NCBI GenBank assembly: GCA_045627765.1
Contig: JAZQOG010000036.1
Location: 1,045 to 65,044, forward strand
Source: Paludibacteraceae bacterium
Lineage (GTDB): Bacteria > Bacteroidota > Bacteroidia > Bacteroidales > Paludibacteraceae
Direction of reading: 5' to 3'
Length of the DNA: 64,000 nt
The notes below the pieces were generated by a model. That model ran no database searches. It was not told the DNA's origin and saw only the letters and a list, made by a program, of their open reading frames with translations. Positions 44,602-53,610 of this stretch are shown here, one piece after another. Every line of letters starts with the position of its first letter. The stretch's first letter is position 1. The position numbers and the translations under genes were made by a program.

Positions 44602-44633
44602 GTAGAGGAGTAGAGGGGTAGAGGAGTAGGGTA
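44602..44633 (+). repeat. GTAGAGGA x4 (same family as CTACTCCT), starting 1 nt after the stop
   Basis: gtagagga gtagaggg gtagagga gtagggta. Confidence 0.9.
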
Positions 44634-44648
44634 ATAAAAATTTATCAA

Positions 44649-46154
44649 ATGAAAAAAGTATTGGTTTTGGGGCTGGCGACGGCATTAGTGATGCCGTTGG
44701 CTGCCAAGAAAGCTCCCAAACCCGCAGAAGTGGATTCATTAGGTAGGAAGATCAAGACGGGTTGGAACTTTGGTGTTTTGCCTTCCGTAGCTTACGATGC
44801 CGACTACGGATTTCAAGGTGGGTTATTAGGCAATGTTTATTACTATGGCGACGGGAAACAGTATCCCGAGTATATCCACTCCATCTATGTGGAGGGGGCT
44901 TATACAACCAAGCATCATGGTATCTTCCGCGTCAATTACGATAGTAAATACCTTATTCCCCATCATCGCCTGACGTTAGACGCAACGTATCTGCCCGATG
45001 CGATGTGCGACTTCTATGGCTTTAACGGCTATCAGAGTAAGTTTAACTCCGATTGGGTAAAGTGGAACAAGAATCCTGAGAAAATGCACAATCCCGAGGA
45101 CTATCGTTCGCGCGTGTTCTATAAGTATAAACGCGACCTTATTCGTTTTGCTGCGGATATAGAGGGTACTATCTATAAGAACCTCAAGTGGAACACGGGT
45201 TTAGGTGTGCTCGGATATATCGTAAACGATTGCGATATCCACATGCTCAATGGTAAGAAGAACGTGTACGACCCCGAGAAGAAACACTACGAGCAGAAAG
45301 CGTTAGATCCCGATGCAGGTAGCCTATATAAGAACTACCAAGAGTGGGGACTGATTAGCCAAGACGAGAGTAGGGGAGGTTGGCATCCTTACGCTCGTGC
45401 AGGTATAACGTACGACACACGCGACAAGCGTCAAGGACCGAACAAAGGTATCTGGACGGACTTGTTCTTTACCTATAACGCAGCTTTTAATGCGGCATAC
45501 GGTCAGCAAGCCAAAGCGGGTTTTAATAACCTACAGTTTAACTTCACGTTCCGCCATTATGTCCCCTGTTTCGTGGATAGAAAAGGCATCCAAAGGGTGA
45601 CATTCGCCTATCGTTTGGGTGTGCAGAACCTGATAGCCGGTAATACGCCCTTCTATATGGATAACTACCTCAATACGCTCTTTATCCAGCGCGTACTGTA
45701 CGAGAACTTAGGCGGTGGGAACTCCATTCGTGGTATGATGTGCAATCGTATCTTAGCCAAGGGAGTAGCGTATGCGAATGTGGAGTTCCGCTTCCGCGTG
45801 GTGGATTTTGATATCGGTCATCAACATTTCTTTGTGGGACTCAACCCGTTCTTCGATTTAGGAATGGTGACGCAACCGTATCAACTCAACGATCTGTCGA
45901 TGGCCAGAACCGGACGCTCATTGGCTGAGAATGTGGTCCTGAGCGGGAAGGATTATAATCAGTATTTCTCCGACCATGAAAAATCAGACACCTATCGTCC
46001 TCATATGACGGCAGGTGTCGGATTGAAGATTGGCATGAACGAGAACTTCGTTCTCTCTGCTGATTGGGCAATGCCGGTGAACGAGAAATACTACATGAAG
46101 CAAGATAACAACAAACTCGCCAACTTCTATGTGAAGATGGGATATCTGTTCTAA
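44649..46154 (+). CDS. outer-membrane beta-barrel protein (Omp85/BamA-like barrel, no POTRA recognised)
   Basis: 501 aa. Signal peptide, alternating aromatic beta pattern, terminal ...VKMGYLF. Confidence 0.45.
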   Translation: MKKVLVLGLATALVMPLAAKKAPKPAEVDSLGRKIKTGWNFGVLPSVAYDADYGFQGGLLGNVYYYGDGKQYPEYIHSIYVEGAYTTKHHGIFRVNYDSKYLIPHHRLTLDATYLPDAMCDFYGFNGYQSKFNSDWVKWNKNPEKMHNPEDYRSRVFYKYKRDLIRFAADIEGTIYKNLKWNTGLGVLGYIVNDCDIHMLNGKKNVYDPEKKHYEQKALDPDAGSLYKNYQEWGLISQDESRGGWHPYARAGITYDTRDKRQGPNKGIWTDLFFTYNAAFNAAYGQQAKAGFNNLQFNFTFRHYVPCFVDRKGIQRVTFAYRLGVQNLIAGNTPFYMDNYLNTLFIQRVLYENLGGGNSIRGMMCNRILAKGVAYANVEFRFRVVDFDIGHQHFFVGLNPFFDLGMVTQPYQLNDLSMARTGRSLAENVVLSGKDYNQYFSDHEKSDTYRPHMTAGVGLKIGMNENFVLSADWAMPVNEKYYMKQDNNKLANFYVKMGYLF

Positions 46155-46199
46155 TAAATTCGGTGAGATAGAGTAAGTAGCGAAGCCAAGAATAATTAC

Positions 46200-46233
46200 A
46201 CAAAGAAGACTCACATCTGTGAGCCTTCTTTGT
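46200..46233. terminator. shared hairpin between convergent genes
   Basis: ACAAAGAAGACTCAC-atct-GTGAGCCTTCTTTGT (14 bp, one mismatch). The U tracts are weak. Confidence 0.55.
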
Positions 46234-46272
46234 AATTAAGATTCCCCTAAAACTGGAAATGGGAAATCGTAC

Positions 46273-47028
46273 TTAGTCTTTGAACTTAGCGCAGATGAAC
46301 TCGCGGTTGAGGCGAGCGATATTCGCCAAACTAACCGACTTAGGACACTCGGCAGCGCAAGCACCGGTATTGGTGCAGTTACCGAAGCCTAACTCATCCA
46401 TCTTGGCAATCATTGCCTTAGCACGTTTGGCTCCCTCAATCTTTCCTTGCGGAAGCAGAGCGAGTTGGCTAACCTTAGCGGCCACGAAGAGCATCGCACT
46501 ACCATTCTTACAAGCTGCTGCACAAGCACCGCAACCGATACAAGAAGCTGCGTCCATAGCTTCATCCGCTACGGGTTTGGGAATAGCAATCGCGTTAGCG
46601 TCAGGCACGCCACCGGTGTTCACAGAGACGAAACCACCGGCTTGCATGATCTTGTCGTAAGCCTGACGGTCTACCATCAAGTCCTTGATAACAGGGAAAG
46701 CACGAGAACGCCAAGGTTCAACGGTGATCGTTTCCCCATCTTTGAACTTACGCATGTGCAGTTGGCACGTGGTGATAGCACTGTCGGGACCATGAGGATG
46801 GCCGTTGACATACATCGAGCACATACCGCAGATACCCTCTCGGCAATCGTGATCGAAAGCAATCGGGTCCTTATGCTCGGCAATGAGTTGCTCGTTGAGA
46901 ATATCCATCATCTCCAGGAACGAAGCACCTTGGAAGATGTGATTGAGTACGTAGGTCTCAAAATGACCTTGCGCTTTGGGGCCTGCTTGTCTCCACACGC
47001 GCACTTTGATATTGATATAGGAATCCAT
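46273..47028 (-). CDS. frdB: fumarate reductase/succinate dehydrogenase iron-sulfur subunit
   Basis: 251 aa. Cys clusters [20 protein letters not shown] and [12 protein letters not shown]. Confidence 0.9.
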   Translation of the reverse strand: MDSYINIKVRVWRQAGPKAQGHFETYVLNHIFQGASFLEMMDILNEQLIAEHKDPIAFDHDCREGICGMCSMYVNGHPHGPDSAITTCQLHMRKFKDGETITVEPWRSRAFPVIKDLMVDRQAYDKIMQAGGFVSVNTGGVPDANAIAIPKPVADEAMDAASCIGCGACAAACKNGSAMLFVAAKVSQLALLPQGKIEGAKRAKAMIAKMDELGFGNCTNTGACAAECPKSVSLANIARLNREFICAKFKD

Positions 47029-47033
47029 AATCG

Positions 47034-49025
47034 TTAAGCTTTATAGTTACGTGTTTTACGTTCGGTGAATTCGTAGTCGAGAGGCTCTTTGATGAGTTCG
47101 GGTTCGCTGTCCTCACCGGTATATTTCCAGCAAGCAACATAACTGAACTTATCGTCTTGACGCAAGGCTTCACCTTCCTCCGTTTGATACTCCTCACGGA
47201 AGTGACCACCGCAAGACTCCTCACGGTTGAGAGCATCCACTGCCATCAAACGACCAATCTCAATGAAGTCACTCAGACGCAATGCTTTCTCCAATTCGTT
47301 GTTCAAACCATCGGCTTGACCCGGGATATAAACATTCGTCCAGAACTCCTTCTTGATAGCGTCAATCTTCTCGATAGCCGTCTTCAAACTTTCTGCCGTA
47401 CGACCCATACCTACGAAGTCCCACATAATAAGACCCAGTTCCTTGTGGATGGAATCTACAGAGCGTTTACCTTGAATAGCCATCAAGCGGTCAATCTTAT
47501 CTTGGATACCCTTCTCCGCTTGTGCGAACTCAGGTAGGTCGGTGGACATACGAGGTACACCAATCTGGTCAGAGAGGTAGTTCTGAATGGTATAAGGAAT
47601 AACGAAATAGCCGTCTGCCAGACCCTGCATCAATGCGGAAGCACCAAGGCGGTTCGCTCCATGGTCGGAGAAGTTAGCCTCACCAATACAGAACAGACCC
47701 TTGATAGAGGTTTGCAGTTCATAATCTACCCAGATACCACCCATCGTATAGTGGATAGCAGGGAAGATCATCATCGGGTTCTCGTAAGGATTCTCGTCCA
47801 CGATCTTCTCGTACATCTGGAAGAGGTTACCATATTTCTGCGCAACCACATCCTTGCCGAGGCGTTGGATAGCATCCGAGAAATCCAAGAACACTGCCAA
47901 ACCGGTGTTGTTCACACCATAACCCTTATCGCAACGCTCTTTAGCGGCACGCGAAGCCACATCACGAGGAACAAGGTTACCGAAAGCCGGATAACGACGC
48001 TCCAAGTAGTAGTCACGATCCTCTTCGGGGATATCACGACCCTTAATCTCTCCGCGTTGCAGTTTCTGCGCATCTTCGAGTTTCTTAGGAACCCAAATAC
48101 GACCATCGTTACGGAGGGACTCGGACATCAATGTCAGTTTAGACTGGAAATCACCATGCTTAGGAATACAAGTGGGGTGAATCTGTGCGTAGCAAGGGTT
48201 AGCAAAATAAGCACCCTTACGATAGATCTGCATCGCTGCCGAACCATTAGAAGCCATCGCATTCGTGGAGAGGAAGAACGTGTTACCATAACCACCGGAA
48301 GCGATGACAACGGCGTGACCGAAGTAACGCTCAATACGACCCGTCACAAGGTTACGAGCAATGATACCGCGAGCGCGTTCAACACCGTCAGCGTCCTTGA
48401 TGAGAACGACATCTAACATCTCGTGACGATTGTACATCTTCACTTTGCCTTTACCAATCTGACGACTCAATGCACTATAAGCACCGAGCAGCAGTTGTTG
48501 ACCGGTTTGACCCTTCGCATAGAAAGTACGAGATACTTGTGCACCACCGAACGAACGGTTGTCCAGCAGACCACCGTATTCGCGAGCAAAAGGAACACCC
48601 TGTGCCACACATTGGTCAATGATGTTGTTACTTACTTCTGCCAAACGATAAACGTTTGCTTCACGAGCGCGATAGTCGCCACCCTTGATGGTGTCGTAAT
48701 AAAGACGATAGATAGAGTCACCATCGTTTTGGTAGTTCTTCGCGGCATTGATACCACCTTGTGCAGCAATAGAGTGCGCACGACGAGGGCTATCTTGGAT
48801 GCAGAAGTTAAGGACATTAAAGCCCAACTCTGCTAAGGTAGCGGCTGCGGAAGCACCGGCCAGACCGGTTCCTACAACGATGATATCCAAACGACGTTTG
48901 TTGGCAGGATTGACCAGTTTTTGATGGTCCTTGTAGTTTGTCCATTTCTTCTCTAATGGACCCTGCGGAATCTTCGCCATCTCGGGCGTGATGATTTGCG
49001 CAGTTTCAGTTTTCTTTGTTGCCAT
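47034..49025 (-). CDS. frdA: fumarate reductase/succinate dehydrogenase flavoprotein subunit
   Basis: 663 aa. FAD motif [12 protein letters not shown], and [11 protein letters not shown] with the flavinylated-His context HS.AAQGG. Confidence 0.95.
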   Translation of the reverse strand: MATKKTETAQIITPEMAKIPQGPLEKKWTNYKDHQKLVNPANKRRLDIIVVGTGLAGASAAATLAELGFNVLNFCIQDSPRRAHSIAAQGGINAAKNYQNDGDSIYRLYYDTIKGGDYRAREANVYRLAEVSNNIIDQCVAQGVPFAREYGGLLDNRSFGGAQVSRTFYAKGQTGQQLLLGAYSALSRQIGKGKVKMYNRHEMLDVVLIKDADGVERARGIIARNLVTGRIERYFGHAVVIASGGYGNTFFLSTNAMASNGSAAMQIYRKGAYFANPCYAQIHPTCIPKHGDFQSKLTLMSESLRNDGRIWVPKKLEDAQKLQRGEIKGRDIPEEDRDYYLERRYPAFGNLVPRDVASRAAKERCDKGYGVNNTGLAVFLDFSDAIQRLGKDVVAQKYGNLFQMYEKIVDENPYENPMMIFPAIHYTMGGIWVDYELQTSIKGLFCIGEANFSDHGANRLGASALMQGLADGYFVIPYTIQNYLSDQIGVPRMSTDLPEFAQAEKGIQDKIDRLMAIQGKRSVDSIHKELGLIMWDFVGMGRTAESLKTAIEKIDAIKKEFWTNVYIPGQADGLNNELEKALRLSDFIEIGRLMAVDALNREESCGGHFREEYQTEEGEALRQDDKFSYVACWKYTGEDSEPELIKEPLDYEFTERKTRNYKA

Positions 49026-49030
49026 AAACT

Positions 49031-49084
49031 TATTTACTATTTGACAATTTACGATTTACCATTTACATTTTACCATTTATTTAC
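49031..49084 (-). repeat. GTAAAT-based 6-8-bp-period repeats filling the frdC-frdA gap. The frdC stop is part of the first unit.
   Basis: The sense strand reads gcGTAAATaaatgGTAAAAtGTAAATgGTAAATcGTAAATtgtcaaataGTAAATaagtttATG. Confidence 0.85.
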
Positions 49085-49779
49085 GCAAGCATCAATCCGA
49101 TGCCCATACCGAGGTAGTAGAAAACTACAATAGCGAAAGGAGCTACAACGAGGGAAGCGAAGATAGTACCAATCACTTTGATGCGTTTGAGCCAAATAAG
49201 ATTGCTCCAACCAAGGGTCTGAAGAGCAGACCAAATACCATGGTTGAGGTGGAGCCACAAAGCCGCTAACCAAATAAGGTAAAGCACGCACAGAACAATA
49301 CTCCAAACTCCATTGCCGGCGAACATAAACTTCACTAAACCGGCACCGTCTTGAGGATCAAAAGCACTGGTCTCAATGCCGGTCAACTCAGCAAACTGCA
49401 TCTTAAACCAGAAGTTAGCCAAGTGCAATACCAAGAACCCGATAACGCAGATACCCAGCACAAGCATGTTTTTTGACTCCCAATCTACGCCTTGCTGACG
49501 AGCGGTAACCGCATAACGGTCCGTACCACGAGCACGTAGGTTTTGGATGGTGAGATAAAAGGCATAGCAAAAGTGGACGAAGATAAGGAAAGCTAATCCT
49601 AACGTTCCCACAATTGCGTACCAGTTGGCTCCTAAAATGGAGCAGATCCAGTTATAAGCCTCCTCCGAAAAAACCAAAGCCACGTTCATGCAGCCATGGA
49701 AGAGCAGGAAAAAAACCAGACACAAGCCAGTAATACTCATTACGAGTTTACGACCAATAGATGAATCTTTTAACCACAT
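49081..49779 (-). CDS. frdC: fumarate reductase/succinate dehydrogenase cytochrome b subunit
   Basis: 232 aa with five TM helices and conserved His residues. First gene of the frdCAB order typical of Bacteroides. Confidence 0.8.
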   Translation of the reverse strand: MWLKDSSIGRKLVMSITGLCLVFFLLFHGCMNVALVFSEEAYNWICSILGANWYAIVGTLGLAFLIFVHFCYAFYLTIQNLRARGTDRYAVTARQQGVDWESKNMLVLGICVIGFLVLHLANFWFKMQFAELTGIETSAFDPQDGAGLVKFMFAGNGVWSIVLCVLYLIWLAALWLHLNHGIWSALQTLGWSNLIWLKRIKVIGTIFASLVVAPFAIVVFYYLGMGIGLMLA

Positions 49780-49851
49780 AATAAAATGGATTTTTAATGA
49801 TGAATTTATAAATGATGTATTTAATAATTGTTTTTTTCGTAATTAGGCGTG

Positions 49852-49859
49852 CAAAGATA
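49852..49859 (-). promoter_or_regulatory. -7 box TATCTTTG for frdCAB
   Basis: Plus strand reads caaagata. The -33 (caaa 49880-49883) lies 20 nt upstream. Confidence 0.7.
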
Positions 49860-49891
49860 CGAAAAAATTTGCATATATGCAAAAAAAGTTG

Positions 49892-49899
49892 TACTTTTG
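49892..49899 (+). promoter_or_regulatory. -7 box TACTTTTG for the glucosaminidase gene
   Basis: The -33 TTTG at 49868-49871 lies 20 nt upstream. ATG 49919. Confidence 0.7.
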
Positions 49900-49918
49900 T
49901 AGCAAATTTTGTGAAAAC

Positions 49919-50929
49919 ATGAAAAAATCCGTCCTTTTTTTGGCTCTTTTGAGCAGTTGTGCCCTATTTTCGGCACCCAATGCCAAGTATTTGAATTATA
50001 TTAACCAATGGAAACAAACTGCCCTTGAACAGCAAGTGCATTATGGTATTCCTGCCTCCATTACAATGGCACAAGGTCTATTAGAATCCGCGGCCGGTCA
50101 GTCCGAATTGGCACAAAATGCAAACAACCATTTCGGCATCAAATGTACCAGCGACTGGTTGGGCGGTTCGTACTACTACGATGACGACCGCAAAGGCGAA
50201 TGTTTCCGAGTGTATAATAGTGCGGAGGAGAGTTTTAAGGATCACTCGCTTTTCTTGCGTCGCGATCGATACGCGGCTTTGTTTGAGTTGGATATTGCGG
50301 ATTATCGCCGTTGGGCAAACGGGTTGAAAGCGTGTGGCTATGCTACTGATCCCAGTTATGCTACCAAACTCATTGCTATCATTGAGGATTATAGTCTGGA
50401 CACGTTAGTCGGACTGGCAGCCTCTATGCCCGTTGAGCCCACTACTGCAGCAACGCCAACGGTAACGACTACCGTTGCGGCAGCAACCACCATGGCAACT
50501 GCTGCGGCAGCGCCGACCATGGGTGAGGAATGGGTAACAGCACGCACCGCCAGAGAAGAACGCAATGCGTTTTATGCCGCTCACCCCAAAGAACGAGTAA
50601 ACCATACCTCTTATGTATTCGCGCGCGAAGGAGATAGTTATGCCACGATTGCCTATCAACTCAATATGAAAGAACGTAAACTGCGCAAATACAACGATGC
50701 TTTAGGACATATACTCAAACCGGGTGATAGGGTGTTTACAACCGTTAAACCACGTTATGTGAGAGGCGAAAAATCCGTGATGTGGGTTCATCCGGGAGAG
50801 AGCCTTTGGAGTATCAGCCAACGCGAAGGAATACAACTCAAGACAATCTATGAACTCAACGAAATCGACCCCTCAGTGAAGGTGTTTAAAACTAGACAGA
50901 AAATACTTCTTGGCAAGCCTAAGAAGTAA
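49919..50929 (+). CDS. GH73 N-acetylglucosaminidase with two LysM domains
   Basis: Trimmed from 49877 to MKKSVLFLALLSSC. GIPASITMAQGLLESAAGQSELAQNANNHFGIKC, an Ala/Thr linker, then two LysM-like repeats. Confidence 0.75.
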   Translation: MKKSVLFLALLSSCALFSAPNAKYLNYINQWKQTALEQQVHYGIPASITMAQGLLESAAGQSELAQNANNHFGIKCTSDWLGGSYYYDDDRKGECFRVYNSAEESFKDHSLFLRRDRYAALFELDIADYRRWANGLKACGYATDPSYATKLIAIIEDYSLDTLVGLAASMPVEPTTAATPTVTTTVAAATTMATAAAAPTMGEEWVTARTAREERNAFYAAHPKERVNHTSYVFAREGDSYATIAYQLNMKERKLRKYNDALGHILKPGDRVFTTVKPRYVRGEKSVMWVHPGESLWSISQREGIQLKTIYELNEIDPSVKVFKTRQKILLGKPKK

Positions 50930-50994
50930 TAGTTTAGAGTGGAGAGTTTAGAGTTTAGAGTTTAGAGTAGCCGTCTAGTTGGATAGTTGAAAGA
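50930..50994 (+). repeat. non-coding copy of the mini-element: GTTTAGAG repeats + AGCCGTCTAGTT core + GTTGAAAG
   Basis: tagtttagagtggagagtttagagtttagagtttagagtagccgtctagttggatagttgaaagaga. It fills the whole intergenic gap. Confidence 0.85.
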
Positions 50995-50996
50995 GA

Positions 50997-51281
50997 ATGA
51001 AGGGAACACAAAGTATAGGGCAGGCGATAATGGATTTTCTGAGAGAAAATCAATTGGAACAACCTCTGTTAGAGCGGAGGGTGGTGACTTTATGGGCTGA
51101 GTTGATGGGACCTACAGTGGCCGGTTTGACGCGTTCGGTGGATGTGCAGAATGGCGTGCTAAAAGTCAAGTTAAGTTCTTCGGCATTGCGTCAGCAGTTG
51201 TTTGAATGTCGGTTTGAGTTAGTGAAAAAGTTTAATGAGGCAGTGGGTGCCACTGTGATAAGAGATGTTCGTTTATCCTGA
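50997..51281 (+). CDS. DUF721 (DciA-like) small protein
   Basis: 94 aa. ...VVTLWAELMGPTVAGLTRSVDVQNGVLKVKLSSSALRQQL is a typical DUF721 pattern. Confidence 0.6.
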   Translation: MKGTQSIGQAIMDFLRENQLEQPLLERRVVTLWAELMGPTVAGLTRSVDVQNGVLKVKLSSSALRQQLFECRFELVKKFNEAVGATVIRDVRLS

Positions 51282-53610
51282 AAACATAGAATCTAAAATA
51301 GACTTTACGGCTATCCGTACTCAATTGATGGGCGCGTGTTCGTCCGTATTGGGACGCGAACAAGTGGAGCAGATTACGTTCTTGACAGACAAAGAGCGTA
51401 TCCTCTTTTTGTTGCGTGAGACAGAGGAACTTGGACATATCATGAGTGACGGTTCGCTCGATTTTCCTCGAGGGGATATCGCTGATGTGAGAGAGGCCGT
51501 TGGGCGAATACATGTGGTAGGATTATACCTCAATGAACAAGAACTGTTTGACTTACGTAAGACACTTGACTATGCAGGACGTTTGGACGAGTTCTTCCAA
51601 CATCTGGACGTTAATAGGTTCCCGATTTGGAGCAAATATAGTTTAGAGTTTAAAGTTGAAAGTTTAAAGAAGCCGTCTAGTTCGGAAGTTGAAAGTTTAA
51701 AAGATATTCTGCGTGTGATAGATAGGGTGCTGGATCGTTATGGTCAGTTGTCGGATTCGGCATCGCCGGAGTTGGCTCGTATCCGTAAAGACTTACGGCA
51801 AGCGCAAGGCAGTGCGAACCGAGCCTTGATGGGTATTCTGCGTCAAGCGCAAGCAGAAGGAATCGTCGATAAAGATGTAGCACCCACGATGCGTGAAGGG
51901 CGTTTGGTTATTCCCGTTCCGCCTGCTTATAAACGCAAGTTAGGAGGAATCGTACACGATGAGTCCGCTACGGGCAAGACGGTATATGTAGAGCCACAAC
52001 AGGTGGTAGAAGCAAATAACCGCATTCGCGAACTCGAAGGCGAAGAGGGACGCGAACGGATACGTATCTTACAAGCCGTGAGCGGAATACTGCGAGACCA
52101 GATGCCGTCTATTCACGAAGCGGAAAAACTATTGGCACACGTGGATTTGGTACGAGCCAAAGTGATTGTGGCGCAACAACAAAAAGCGATTATGCCTCAA
52201 GTGAGCGAGGAATCGATTATCGACTTACGCGAAGCGCGGAATCCGATACTCGAAAATAGTTTAAAGTTTAAAGTGGAAAGTTTAAAGAAGCCGTCTAGTT
52301 CTGAAGTGGAAAGTTTAAAAGTTATTCCGTTAGATATTAAATTAAAGAAAGAGAATCGTGTTCTCGTTATCTCGGGTCCGAATGCGGGAGGTAAATCGGT
52401 ATGTCTGAAGACGGTGGGGTTGTTGCAGTATATGTTGCAATGCGGTCTGCTTGTGCCTTTGCGAGAAGATAGTACAATGAGTGTGTTTGAGCACTTGATG
52501 ATAGATATCGGCGACGAGCAGTCGATGGAGGACGACCTATCGACCTATTCCTCTCATTTACGAAACATGAAAGCGTTTGTGCGTTATGCGAATGAACAAA
52601 CCTTACTGCTTATTGATGAGTTTGGAACCGGTACAGAACCGCTGTTAGGCGGTGCTATTGCGGAGGCGGTACTGTCGCAGTTAGTGGCGCAAGGCGCCTT
52701 TGGGGTGATCACGACCCACTACACGAACCTCAAACATTTTGCGGAAGTGACGGAGGGTGTGCAGAATGGGGCGATGCTCTATGACCGCGGACAACTCAAA
52801 CCGCTTTTCCAACTCTCGCAAGGTCAAGCGGGGAGTAGTTTTGCCATTGAGATAGCGCGTCAGATAGGGTTGCCGGAAACAATCATTGCTCAAGCCAGCG
52901 AACTGGTGGGCAGCGAACACATCGACTACGATAAATCCTTACAAGACATCGCGCGAGACAAGCGTTATTGGGAGAATAAACGACAAAACATCCGCCAACG
53001 GGAGAAACATCTGGAAGAGAAAATCGCTTTCTACGAAGGGGAGATAGCCGGTCTTAAGGCCAAGAAGAAAGAGGTGATGGCGAAAGCGCAAGAGGAGGCT
53101 GCGGAGTTACTCAAACAGAGTAATGCCACGATTGAACGAACGATTAGAGAGATAAAAGAAGCCAAAGCGGATAAGGAACGCACTCGCGCAGCAAGGGCTA
53201 AAGTGGAAAGTTTAAAGTTTAAAGTGGAAAAATCCGGAAATACCGGAAAATCCGGAGATTCAGGAAAGTCCGGTCAGAAGGTGCTGCATGATTTTAAGGA
53301 CTTGAAGCCGGTGGCGAAGTCGATGGCAGCGCAGAATCCGACAGTGAGCAATACCATTCGTCAGCATAAGTTGCGTTTTGAGCGCACATTGGATTTGCGA
53401 GGCTTGCGGGCTGATGAGGCATTGGAGCAGACGATCGCGTATATAGATGACGCTATCATGGTCGGAGCGGGCGAGGTGACGATCTTACACGGTACGGGTA
53501 CGGGCGCATTGAAACAGTTAGTGCGCGAATACTTGAAAAAACGCAAGTTAGACTTCCGTGATGGAGATATAGACCATGGTGGTGCGGGCGTGACGATGGT
53601 CGATTGTTAA
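51265..53610 (+). CDS. mutS2: endonuclease MutS2 (MutS domain V ATPase + C-terminal Smr)
   Basis: 781 aa. MFVYPENIESKIDF, Walker A GPNAGGKS, DEFGTGTEP, and Smr LDLRGLRADEAL...HGTGTGALK. Confidence 0.9.
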   Translation: MFVYPENIESKIDFTAIRTQLMGACSSVLGREQVEQITFLTDKERILFLLRETEELGHIMSDGSLDFPRGDIADVREAVGRIHVVGLYLNEQELFDLRKTLDYAGRLDEFFQHLDVNRFPIWSKYSLEFKVESLKKPSSSEVESLKDILRVIDRVLDRYGQLSDSASPELARIRKDLRQAQGSANRALMGILRQAQAEGIVDKDVAPTMREGRLVIPVPPAYKRKLGGIVHDESATGKTVYVEPQQVVEANNRIRELEGEEGRERIRILQAVSGILRDQMPSIHEAEKLLAHVDLVRAKVIVAQQQKAIMPQVSEESIIDLREARNPILENSLKFKVESLKKPSSSEVESLKVIPLDIKLKKENRVLVISGPNAGGKSVCLKTVGLLQYMLQCGLLVPLREDSTMSVFEHLMIDIGDEQSMEDDLSTYSSHLRNMKAFVRYANEQTLLLIDEFGTGTEPLLGGAIAEAVLSQLVAQGAFGVITTHYTNLKHFAEVTEGVQNGAMLYDRGQLKPLFQLSQGQAGSSFAIEIARQIGLPETIIAQASELVGSEHIDYDKSLQDIARDKRYWENKRQNIRQREKHLEEKIAFYEGEIAGLKAKKKEVMAKAQEEAAELLKQSNATIERTIREIKEAKADKERTRAARAKVESLKFKVEKSGNTGKSGDSGKSGQKVLHDFKDLKPVAKSMAAQNPTVSNTIRQHKLRFERTLDLRGLRADEALEQTIAYIDDAIMVGAGEVTILHGTGTGALKQLVREYLKKRKLDFRDGDIDHGGAGVTMVDC
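51638..51703 (+). repeat. 66-bp mini-element, in-frame copy 1 in mutS2
   Basis: atagtttagagtttaaagttgaaagtttaaagaagccgtctagttcggaagttgaaagtttaaaag, encoding SLEFKVESLKKPSSSEVESLKD. Confidence 0.9.
52256..52321 (+). repeat. 66-bp mini-element, in-frame copy 2 in mutS2 (62/66 identical to copy 1)
   Basis: atagtttaaagtttaaagtggaaagtttaaagaagccgtctagttctgaagtggaaagtttaaaag, encoding SLKFKVESLKKPSSSEVESLKV. Confidence 0.9.
53199..53277 (+). repeat. partial mini-element fused to a 9-bp-period TCCGGAAAA tract, in frame in mutS2
   Basis: aaagtggaaagtttaaagtttaaagtggaaaaa, then tccggaaat accggaaaa tccggagat tcaggaaag tccggtcag, encoding KVESLKFKVEKSGNTGKSGDSGKSGQ. Confidence 0.9.

Noticed and set aside
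47661-48416. Long ORFs on the opposite strand of well-supported genes. Examples: 47661-48416 (+) inside frdA, 12264-12758 (+) inside ackA/pta, 5825-6304 (-) inside the DUF5686-like gene, 37313-37825 (+) inside gldJ, 13913-14461 (-) inside the OmpA gene, 34091-34660 (-), 46447-47037 (+), 40142-40621 (-) and 40946-41458 (-).
   Set aside because: Each lies entirely within a gene that has clear family motifs on the other strand, has Arg/Ser/Leu-rich shadow-frame composition, and lacks a promoter or start context.
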